Part shown: one piece after another, positions 37,001-46,400 of the stretch
Position numbering within the stretch: position 1 is the stretch's first letter
Layout of the letters: the number at the start of each line of letters is the position of its first letter
From: Trichosphaerium sp. ATCC 40318
Lineage: Eukaryota; Protista; Tubulinea
DNA length: 55,095 bases
Assembly: GCA_038496445.1 (NCBI GenBank)
Contig: JALMLS010000192.1
Span: 1-55,095 of the forward strand
Direction of reading: 5' to 3'
Position numbers and translations under genes: made by a program
The notes under the pieces: model-generated
What the model was told of the DNA's origin: nothing
Databases searched by the model: none
The model's input: the letters and a program-made list of their open reading frames with translations, nothing else

Positions 37001-37740
37001 TAAATAGTAGAGTGAGATATGTACATGTTGTATCTCATCATATCATGTTACCTGCATATATTAAAGCTGTATACCCATCTCCATCAACAGCATCAACATT
37101 GGCGTTGGCTTTGAGTAACATTGATACAACTTCATTGTATCCTTTTAGTGCTAAATAGTAGAGTGAGATATGTACATGTTGTATCTCATCATATCATGTT
37201 ACCTGCACATATTAAAGCTGTCTTTCCATATTTATCAACAGCATCAATATTGGCATTGGCGTTGAGTAAGATTGATACAACTTCATTGTGTCCTTGGTAT
37301 GCTAAATAGTAGAGTGAGATATGTACATGTTGTATCTCATCATATCATGTTACCTGCATATATTAAAGCTGTCTTTCCATATTTAGCAACAGCATCAACA
37401 TTGGCGTTGGCTTTGAGTAACATTGATACAACTTTATCGTGTCCTCTTTGTGCTAAATAGTAGAGTGAGATATGTACATGTTGTATCTCATCATATCATG
37501 TTACCTGCATATATTAAAGCTGTCTTTCCATATTTATCAACAGCATCAACATTGGCGTTGGCTTTGAGTAATGTTGATACAACTTCATTGTAGCCATTTG
37601 TTGCTAAACTTTGTCAACTATTTGCTTAGCAAGCATTACAAACCTGCAAAAGAAAACACAATTTCAATTATGGGGAGATGGATGTTGGTTGGTTCTTCCT
37701 TTTCTAAACGTTGGTATTTGTCACTCGATGATTCTGTCAT
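34045..37740 (-). CDS. Ankyrin-repeat / PARP-like ADP-ribosyltransferase / basic NLS-like and acidic tract / coiled-coil protein
   Basis: ATG at 37740 (exon 37644-37740), then seven 99-nt ankyrin exons. Further in-frame exons lead to MVHGTTEEAAKSIVKAGF...AGYYGQGIYFT, KYAASY, GYQSHY and YDELVV (PARP H-Y-E-type motifs), then KRTKKRKTSKTKKGNKK, an acidic tract and heptads (NLKESVK repeats), ending at TAA 34045. Confidence 0.85.
36599..37603 (-). repeat. 151-bp tandem array: 7 ankyrin exons (99 nt) and 6 introns (52 nt)
   Basis: Exons at 36599-36697, 36750-36848, 36901-36999, 37052-37150, 37203-37301, 37354-37452 and 37505-37603. Introns read GTAACATG...CTATTTAG and are all phase 1. Confidence 0.95.
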
Positions 37741-38128
37741 GACGTGTTGTCACTCTTGAGGTTATCACAAAGTAGTATTAAGTTGGTGTCTCTTGACACA
37801 TGAGATTTTTCAGTGAAGTGTTATTGTAATTTGTGTTACGGTTCTGGTTTTGTGGTTTTTTTTTATTAACTGATTCGCTACAATAGTTTTTTCAAACCAC
37901 TTGGAGACCTTCAATCTGTTTATTTAAGTAAATGGAGTTACAAACTGGTGACAAAACAGGCCATGTACCTTCACGAAACACAGGTTTTTCAAATATTTCA
38001 CCAAAATAGTGCGAATACCCTCGCTCAACTTTGTTTTTTTTTTTTTCAAACAAGAGGCGAGCGCCGTAGCCCTCACTTTATTCATAATAATAATTACAAG
38101 ATAATTACATCGAAAAAAATCACCGTCC

Positions 38129-38548
38129 CAGCTTGCCCGATCAGGCTCCGAAATTTGTTCTCACAAATTTTGGAGGGCCACGTGCCAGCGTCGTACCATA
38201 ATACAACCTAATTAAACCAATAAAAGTAAAAAGGTAAGAAAAGAAATGGAAAAAATAAAAATAAAAAGTGCCAACAAAAGTCAAATTAAAATCAGCTTGC
38301 CCGATCAGGCTCCGAAATTTGTTCTCACAAATTTTGGAGGGCCACGTGCCAGCGTAGTACAATAAATGATTGAATAATAAGAAAATAAAAGGAATATAGT
38401 GCTATTAAAAGAACAAATAAATTTTTGTAAAATTAAAGCATAAAATAAAAAGAAAAGAGAAAAGAACCAATAACTAGACTCATCCCAGCTTGCCCAATCA
38501 GGCTCCGAAATTTGTTCTCACAAATTTTGGAGGGCCACGTGCCAGCGT
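38129..38548 (-). repeat. Three copies of a 63-nt hairpin-forming motif in the retrotransposon 3' UTR
   Basis: Copies at 38129-38191, 38293-38355 and 38486-38548 differ by one substitution in total and are separated by unrelated U-rich (on the RNA) spacers. Confidence 0.95.
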
Positions 38549-38560
38549 CATGTATATTAA

Positions 38561-41500
38561 TTAATTGTAATCGTCTTCCCATTCAATAAATCCAATTCGT
38601 TTAACTTGTTTTGATTTACGCTTTTTGAGTGAAGGAGCCAAATGCTTGGATAGAATAACGGTACCATCTCTGTTAAAACCATCTATACCATGACCAATAG
38701 CAAATGCAGGAGTATTGCGCTGTCTACGCTTAAAGAGCCACTCCTCTGAACCCACAGTACCATAATCCAAGGAAACTTGAGAACCATCCAATCTTCTAAC
38801 TATAGATACAGCAGTGACATTATCAAACCACGATGGTTTATCAAAAGATTCACGATCTATGGTCAAAGAAAGCCACTTGTAAAATCTAAGGCGTAACGTT
38901 TGAGCAGACATCCACTTGTACTTCGGGACATTATGTTTCACATCATTCCTTATAATCCACGTAAAAGCCATAATAGCACCTAAACAAAACAAAGTAGCAG
39001 GTTTTTTACATTTGATTAAATTTTGCTCTGTCAAAGCAGGTACGTTAAATTCTTCTATGAGATCTGACAGTACATCTCTAATACTAGCAACAACTTCCCA
39101 ACCGTAGAATAGCTCCTCATGTTTTTCTGGAGGCATAGCGTCTTTGACATGAGTCACAGGCATCACCCTCATTATCACTCTCCATATAACATCTCTGACA
39201 TAATTCGCTGATTTAAGTTCTAACAATGCAGGCAAACAGGTACACTGATCTTTGATAGCAAACCACGAACGCTTCCAACGTGGAACTGATTGAATGAGCT
39301 TGATTTTCATCACGTGTTTAAGCTTTCTAGGTTTAGCTTTGAGACTAACGTTTAAGGAACACCACACATCTCTGCACTTTTTACCTAAATCTGTACCAGC
39401 AAACCATACTTCCGAATAAAGAGTACCTTTGATCAAGTGCCTTTCCCACAATGTCGCTTTAAACCCAGTAGCTATCTGCGCTATAGAAAAAAGTTGTAAA
39501 CCACCATTTTTGTAGCACTGATTCATGTGAGTCCAAGGGACACGTGATTTATGAATGCTGTGATTGTAAACGTATGAACTTTCCCAAAGAAACCAATTAA
39601 TAATTGAATGATACCTAGGAACAAGGTGAACAGGAAAATCAAGTGCTCTAGCACAATAAATCAACTTAGCTTGAGCGTAGCTCCTTATAACGCTAATCTT
39701 TTGACGTATTGTAGAGCACATGGGTTTCCATTTCATCAAACAAGCTTCAATTTTCTCAATCGCTGATTCCCAATCATAACCCAATCCATCATCATCCAAC
39801 CGAAGACCCAAGTACTTAATCCATGTGCCATTGTCAAACATTTTGTTTTCGTCTTTGTTACCTACAATATTCGCTTGAAAACACTTTGAACTGTTAACAG
39901 AAAGACCAGTAGCAAGCTTATATTTGTCTAAATACTTGTTAAGATAAACAATATCGTTTTTAGAGCTGGCATTCAGAATGAGATCGTCAGCAAAGAATAA
40001 ATTCTTTACACAGACATTGCCAGGAAGTGTAACACCAGCAATTTTTGATACTTTGTTGATGAAAGAGTTGAGAGGTTCTACTATTAGAGCAAACAAATAA
40101 GGGCTGATAGGATTGCCTTGACCTGTACCACGTTTTGTTGTAAAAGAGCCTTCACTGATGCTGTTGTTAATACGCACTTTAACATCAAGGCGCAGAGCAT
40201 GTACAATTGCCTCAGCAAACTCAGACTTGTACCCAATAAATTTTAATATACGGATCAATGCCAAATGACTACAAGAGTCAAAAGCCTTTCTGAAATCATA
40301 CGCAATAAGACTCAGCCACTTTAATTCTTTTTTACAAAAACTAATAACTTCTAGAGTTGTTATGAGATTGTCAACAATATCTCGCCCTGGTATGAATCCA
40401 TTTTGCGATTCCAAAATGTATTTTTGCATGAATGGAGTCATACGGTTGTAAAATACTTTCATAAATATTTTATAGTCAACGTTTGCTAAAGTAATTGGAC
40501 GGTAGTTACTCAAATCAGAAGCGTCTCCTTTTTTAAAGATAGGTACAATGATTCCCTTACACAGACGCTCATCAACCTCACCATTTTCAAGGAACAGATT
40601 GAATAGGTTAGCCAATATAGGAGCAAAAGTACCGCTCAATGATTTGTACAAGCACGCTGTTAAACCATCAGGCCCAGGAGCCTTGTTAATTGGGAGTTTC
40701 GCTATAACCTTAGTAACTTCCTTGACAGTAATTTTTTTGTTAAGCTTATCCACAAACTTGTTATCACACGGAATGTCCCATTTGTTAATAAACGATTCAA
40801 GTACCTTTTCTTCAATCTCCACCTCATCGTATAATTTACTGTAAAAGTTAACACCTGCGACAAGCATTTTACGAATATCAGAAGAACAATCACCATTGCC
40901 AGTTTGTAGTTCCTTAATGTTTAATCCCGCTTTCTTGCCTTTAAGCATTTTTGTAAGAAAAGCACTTGGAACTTCCTCAAACATAGCTTTTGTTGATGCC
41001 GCTAGATTATTAAGATGTTGGTTTTTTTCCTCACAAAGAAATTGATATGTTAAGAACTCCTCTTGTGTAATATCAGTACCACTTGCTAGTTGAGAAGCAA
41101 TAAGTTCACGAGCTGTAATTTTGTTTTTTAATTCATCCTTTTGCGCTTCCTTTAAGATGTTGATCATCGCCTGTTTAGCAAAAAAGTAGTCGTCAACAGA
41201 GCAACCAAAATTCATCTCACAGATTATATTTTTGTTGTAAGAATTCCAGAAAACTTGATTTAGTTTAAAACTCCGCTCACTGCGTTTTGGAAAATTAAGT
41301 TCTAACAACATTAATTTATGATCTAAGTGAAAAAACCCAGTTGGAACAAGTTTAAAACTCTTCACGTGATTTTTAACATAGTCAGAAACAAAAATCATGT
41401 CTATTCTACCACCACGGTCATGGGTAGGATGAGACTTTTCAGTAAAAACAGCAACGTCAGAAAATCCTAATAAACAAATGTTTTCATAAATTTCTTTGTC

Positions 41501-41902
41501 CAAACTGTTTTTGTCAATACGTAAATTAACATCACCTGCTATTATGTCGCATTGTGCCAAATCATCATAGACAGAATCCCAAAAAACACATTTGTTTTTG
41601 CAAGGTGCGTAAACAACACCTATTCTAAGAGAAACACCTGATGCTTGAACATCAACAATTAATAAACGACCTTTTTGTTCATTCACAAGTTTCGATTGAG
41701 CTCCACGGAGTGTAGCAAGAGCGACCCCAGTACCTCTACCAGCATCTGTGTGTAAAATACGTTTACTGTTAATATGAGAAGGGAATGAATTGGTTTCAGT
41801 AGCACAAAAGTAATTACACTTTAAATTAAATGAAAATTGTTTTAGGCGAAAGAAATTTGAAAAACCTCTACTATTTACTACCGCTAGTTTGACTCTAGGC
41901 AT
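38561..41902 (-). CDS. Retrotransposon ORF2: AP endonuclease and reverse transcriptase (1113 aa from ATG 41902)
   Basis: Endonuclease motifs VNSRG, ATET, VYAP, GDVN, RIDMIF and DHK. RT motifs KAPGPDG, NYRPITL, QNGFIPGR, DFRKAFD, QGNPISPYLF, FADD and KYLG. Confidence 0.95.
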   Translation of the reverse strand: MPRVKLAVVNSRGFSNFFRLKQFSFNLKCNYFCATETNSFPSHINSKRILHTDAGRGTGVALATLRGAQSKLVNEQKGRLLIVDVQASGVSLRIGVVYAPCKNKCVFWDSVYDDLAQCDIIAGDVNLRIDKNSLDKEIYENICLLGFSDVAVFTEKSHPTHDRGGRIDMIFVSDYVKNHVKSFKLVPTGFFHLDHKLMLLELNFPKRSERSFKLNQVFWNSYNKNIICEMNFGCSVDDYFFAKQAMINILKEAQKDELKNKITARELIASQLASGTDITQEEFLTYQFLCEEKNQHLNNLAASTKAMFEEVPSAFLTKMLKGKKAGLNIKELQTGNGDCSSDIRKMLVAGVNFYSKLYDEVEIEEKVLESFINKWDIPCDNKFVDKLNKKITVKEVTKVIAKLPINKAPGPDGLTACLYKSLSGTFAPILANLFNLFLENGEVDERLCKGIIVPIFKKGDASDLSNYRPITLANVDYKIFMKVFYNRMTPFMQKYILESQNGFIPGRDIVDNLITTLEVISFCKKELKWLSLIAYDFRKAFDSCSHLALIRILKFIGYKSEFAEAIVHALRLDVKVRINNSISEGSFTTKRGTGQGNPISPYLFALIVEPLNSFINKVSKIAGVTLPGNVCVKNLFFADDLILNASSKNDIVYLNKYLDKYKLATGLSVNSSKCFQANIVGNKDENKMFDNGTWIKYLGLRLDDDGLGYDWESAIEKIEACLMKWKPMCSTIRQKISVIRSYAQAKLIYCARALDFPVHLVPRYHSIINWFLWESSYVYNHSIHKSRVPWTHMNQCYKNGGLQLFSIAQIATGFKATLWERHLIKGTLYSEVWFAGTDLGKKCRDVWCSLNVSLKAKPRKLKHVMKIKLIQSVPRWKRSWFAIKDQCTCLPALLELKSANYVRDVIWRVIMRVMPVTHVKDAMPPEKHEELFYGWEVVASIRDVLSDLIEEFNVPALTEQNLIKCKKPATLFCLGAIMAFTWIIRNDVKHNVPKYKWMSAQTLRLRFYKWLSLTIDRESFDKPSWFDNVTAVSIVRRLDGSQVSLDYGTVGSEEWLFKRRQRNTPAFAIGHGIDGFNRDGTVILSKHLAPSLKKRKSKQVKRIGFIEWEDDYN

Positions 41903-42800
41903 TAGATGTTTTAGTCCTTGGATTATAAGAGTTACCTCTTGGTGTTGAGGTTTTTGCTTTCTTTCCTCTCGTATTATCATCTTTAGAAGTATCACGTGCT
42001 CTTTTGGCATTATCACGATATGAGGCAGCCTCCGAAGGAGAGAGCTTTGAAATATTTTGAGAATACCTTTGCACTTTTTCAAAATCACTTTCGGAGTTAA
42101 AAACCTTCATAACCAAAAATCCAGATCCACGTTTGTATACCTGATATTGTTCCAATCCAGTGAGTTTTTTTGAACATACGAAAACACAACCGTTAGTGGG
42201 TAAATCACTAAATTTTGTACGCCATCTACGGAACATCAACATCCGTCCTCCAAATCCTAAACATATTCTATCACAAATAGTGCACATAGTCTCTTCGTCA
42301 TCAAGAATGTCAAAACCTGATATAACAATCTTTATAGAGCCGTGAGCATAAATGTAAAATTTATATCCTTTGTCTCGAAAAATATCAATTTGTTTAGAAA
42401 ATTGTGTACGTAAATTCTCCTTATTTTTTACGACCATTATAATTCTATTTGGATATTCTTTTGCAGTGATTATTTTAGAACTACCTTTGAAAGCATTAAC
42501 TAGGTTCACACGGTGGTCGTTGAATTCTTTTAGTTCGCCATCGGAAGAGTCTTCGTTGATTCCAAAATTTATAATCCAATAAAGCTCGTCGTTCATTTTA
42601 TCAGCATTGTACCTCATAATCCGCTCTTCGGAGACTTTTTTGATACAATTCAAGATAATGTTGTTGTCGATTTTTCGTTCTTCTACAGGAAGCGTACTTG
42701 TAAGGTTTCGGACATCTTCAGCATCTTCCATATCAAAATCAGTAACACTTGAGTAAGAGGCTTCAGCCCCGCTGGTTATGGCAGTATCTTTCGGTTCCAT
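41895..42800 (-). CDS. Retrotransposon ORF1 (putative RRM-type nucleic-acid chaperone, no zinc knuckle)
   Basis: 301-aa ORF directly upstream of ORF2 and inside the TSD. RRM-like segment KIVISGF...LGFGGRML...TNG and a basic C-terminus. Confidence 0.85.
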   Translation of the reverse strand: MEPKDTAITSGAEASYSSVTDFDMEDAEDVRNLTSTLPVEERKIDNNIILNCIKKVSEERIMRYNADKMNDELYWIINFGINEDSSDGELKEFNDHRVNLVNAFKGSSKIITAKEYPNRIIMVVKNKENLRTQFSKQIDIFRDKGYKFYIYAHGSIKIVISGFDILDDEETMCTICDRICLGFGGRMLMFRRWRTKFSDLPTNGCVFVCSKKLTGLEQYQVYKRGSGFLVMKVFNSESDFEKVQRYSQNISKLSPSEAASYRDNAKRARDTSKDDNTRGKKAKTSTPRGNSYNPRTKTSNA

Positions 42801-43479
42801 CCTATTAAACGTATTCTACAACAGAACGGAACAATTAAAGAAATATAGTAAGAGAAGTTGTTAACCCCTGACCAATTAAGGCAGGCTCACCCTCGCTCAA
42901 CTTTGTTGCTCGTAAGTGGCGAATACTCTTTTTCGGGCTATTTTTTACCCCGGTAGGCAAGCACAAAGGATATATCTCTGTGCGCTGAATAGGCTACAAG
43001 TCCTTTTTATGAGCCCCACACTCAATGAATATTTTTACACAATGTGATGCTATACAGAACGGTTTGAGGTTAAACAGATGGCCACATTGTGTTGTAGGGT
43101 TTTCTGTAAAAGTCCGAAAACTCATATTTTTTTTGTGCACTGTAGAGTAAATAACATAATTCTCCACACGAACGAGTAATTATTACATCTTTGGCAATGA
43201 GCGCACGCTACGATACTTACAGTATGTTTAATATAGCGATAATTAAGTACAGCCTCAACCTGCTTTAAAAGCACCTACCAGGCGTTAATAGCGCTGTTGT
43301 ATTTATTTGCGATAGTTTTTTCGCCCACACAGGTTAAATAGAAGAAGCATACGCAAATGGTGTGTGTAGTGTAGATTTGATATCTGTGCACAGCACGACA
43401 AGCTCTTGTCGTGGCTAGAACTCTTTTTTTTTTCTTCAATTTCAATCACGTGATTTTCTGTTTGAAGAAACCCAAACAT

Positions 43480-46400
43480 GCTAATGTAGTTGTAGGAAAC
43501 TTGAAACCCCACACATGTTGGAATAATCACAGCTGTCCCTGGGATGCTGTTTTCACTGGTTTACAGTCTGTTAGTGATATTTGCGTATGTGTTGTTCTAT
43601 ACACAAGTACTAAGAAAGTTTAGGTGATTCCCAACAACCCGACAGTACTCACATCTAACAACATAGATGGAAGTAGAAACACATTTATTCAGTTGTTTTT
43701 ACAGCATTGCTACACAAAATATCCAAAGAGGAGGAAGGAAATAGAACATAACTATGAGGAGCATCGCTGTGGAAAATATAGCCCTGATTTTAGTGTCTGT
43801 GAAATTCACAGCTATGTTAGAAGTGTTTGTGTTTCATTTCATGCATTTGCTAACTATAACAGCGGTTGCAAATGTGAAGGTGAGCATAATAAACTATTGC
43901 CATCCATGCTTCTGACACATCCAGATTACAGAGTGTCGCATCAGTTGTGTATTTTTGGAGCAAGATATTGAAGCAAAAATATTCAACTGGCTCATTAAAC
44001 ATCTTTCAGTTTCAAACAACTGTCTGACTTGCAGTGAGGGAGGGTTTAAGGCTGTTGAGGTATGTAACTTTATATTATTTTGAAAACAACCTAATTTGAT
44101 AAAGAGTGTGACATTACTGGCTTTGATTACAGTGTATCCAAATCCCAATGTTGTTCAGGACATGGCCAAACTACCTTGGACTTTAAACTCCATGGAAGGT
44201 ATGTAAAGACAGTTAGCGTTTGCACTAACATAAGCAGAACTTGGGAGGCAGCGTACATTTTGATGTGGCAGCCTAAACCGCATCCACATTTCACTGCATA
44301 TGTGAATAACAATGGAACTTGGTGGTTTATTGATTGTATGACATGGAATCTAATCCTTGTACGCTATATGAAAGGAAATGCCTCTAGGGCCCATAATAAT
44401 ATGTGGGAAATACAGGTGGTTGTTTACAGAGGATCACAACACACTGTATCATGTAAAGAACTGTACAAATTGCGCCCAGAGAGGCAAGTAATACAAATTG
44501 ACCTGATAAGTGAAAGTGACAGTTTCAGGTATGTAAATGTTGTTCCATTGCTTTACTAACATCAAACAGTGACTATATCTTCAGTGACGCTGATAGTGAC
44601 GCTGATAGTGACGGGAGTATTCAATCAGATGTGTCTGGCAATAGTGTTGAGTTGGCATTTACTTCAATCAAATGGAATTGCCACGGAATATAGAATCTTT
44701 TGGGCCAAATGCAGGTGTTCAAATTGTTCAAATATTGAACAAACAAACAGCGACAGAAGCAGAAAGAAACAAAAATGGCAATCACAAGTGGCTTCTTGAA
44801 GCAACAGTAAACACAAAAAAGGGTTCTTGTAGGTGTTTTGTGTGGGAATGCTGTAGGTAAGTAATCTATTTTTTAAACCTCACATCTTGTTTTTCTGACC
44901 AACAATAGGTTTTAACAAAAAGTTATCTTGTACTTGTTAAAAAGACACCGCTCATTGGCAAACAAATTTCCAATATCTGAAACACCTATAACTACAACTA
45001 TAAAAGGGCCAACTAAACTTCCAAGGCTTGTTGTACAACGTACACTGTTAAAACTGAGGCACCAAGTACAAAGGCCAACAAAAGAAGGTTCAAGACAGAA
45101 GGATTACTGTTGATGATACGTTGTCTTAACTTCTGTCACAGAAACACCTTCTACAAGCTCATCAACCACTGCTTCACAGCCAACTGTTGCACCAACAACG
45201 GATGCTCCAACTATTGCTGCACACAACAACAGATGCACCTAACTGGTACTTGCTTGATATTTTTTAGCTTTCTTTCTAACTGTGATAGATGCGCCAACTA
45301 CACCTACAACTGCAGCCCCTACCACAGCCACACCAACAACTGATGCTCCTACTGCAAGTACTCCAACAATAGAACCGCTAACAACAGCTTCAACTACAGA
45401 TGCTCCTATCACCAAAACCCAGCTCCAACCACCAATGTACCTACGACTGAAGCTCCAACAACAAAAGCACCAACACAAAGGCCCCTATAACTGATGCTCC
45501 TACCACTGTGGCACCTACTACAGACGCACCAACGACTGAGACAATAAACTATAGATGCTCCAACCACTGATGCACTGACAGCAGAGGCTACAGCGAAAGC
45601 GCCAACTACTGGCACTCCAACAACCAAGGGGCCAACAAAAGCTGCACCAACCACAGTAACACCTACTACAGATGCACCAACCACCGAAGCCCCAACAACT
45701 GAGGCTCCTACAACTGGTACTCGATCGATATAATTTTTACCTTTCTCCTAACAGTGATAGATGCACCAACTACAGTAGCACCAACTACAGATGCACCTAC
45801 AACTGCTGCACCTACAACAGAGCTCCAACAACTGAAGCACCAACAACAGATGTGCCAACAACAGAAGCACCAACTACTGAGGCTCCAACAACTGAAGCGC
45901 CAACGACAGAAGCACCAACAACTGAGGCTCCTACTACAGAGGCACCTACTACGGAACCTCCAACTACCGCGGCACCAACAACACAGCATCCAACTACAAT
46001 GCAACCAATGACATCTCCACCAACTACAGAAGCGCCAACTACAGTGGCGCCTACCACAGAGACACCAACAACTGAGGCTCCAACTGATGCTCCAACTACA
46101 GAAGCACCTACAACTGTAGCGCCAACAACGGAGGCTCCAACCACAGAGGTTCCTACAACTGCTGCGCCAACAACAGAAGTGCCAAATCCAACTACAATGC
46201 CACCAATGACGCCTCCACCAACTACAGAAGCACCTACAACTGAAACTCCAACTACTGAGGCACCAACAACTGGTACTTGATTTATATATATTGTTGTCTT
46301 TTTCCATCTAACAGTAGTAGATGCACCAACTACACAAGCACCAAGCACAGAAGCGCTAACAACTGCAACCCCTACCACTGATGCGCCAACAACGGAGGCT

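Larger units (their letters stand above)
38036..42888 (-). mobile_element. Full-length non-LTR retrotransposon (L1/Tx1/TRE-like, APE-RT) with poly(A) tail and 19-bp TSD
   Basis: TSD ACCCTCGCTCAACTTTGTT at 38017-38035 and 42889-42907. T13 run at 38034-38046. Two intact intronless ORFs. Confidence 0.95.

Noticed and set aside
36668-37460. Five 62-aa plus-strand ORFs repeating every 151 bp
   Set aside because: They are antisense shadows of the minus-strand ankyrin exon/intron units, which have GT-AG boundaries and a clear ankyrin consensus.
36599-37603. CRISPR-like array (identical 52-nt repeats with variable spacers)
   Set aside because: The spacers are homologous coding exons, the repeats are spliceosomal introns, no cas genes are present and the context is eukaryotic.
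38129-38548. 3' UTR module as a hammerhead, HDV-like or twister ribozyme, or as a CRISPR repeat
   Set aside because: There is no CUGANGA core with valid stems (only CCGAUCA/CUGAUC), and I could not build the HDV nested pseudoknot. The spacers are long low-complexity tracts. It is kept only as an unknown structured motif.
41903-42088. N-terminal extension of ORF2 in the ORF track (1175 aa)
   Set aside because: It starts at a non-ATG codon inside ORF1. The endonuclease begins right after ATG 41902, and I saw no canonical slippery heptamer.
42889-43100. tRNA gene as the integration target (Dictyostelium TRE-like)
   Set aside because: I found no cloverleaf or GTTCRANNC B-box by eye on either flank. 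tRNAscan-SE would be the definitive check.
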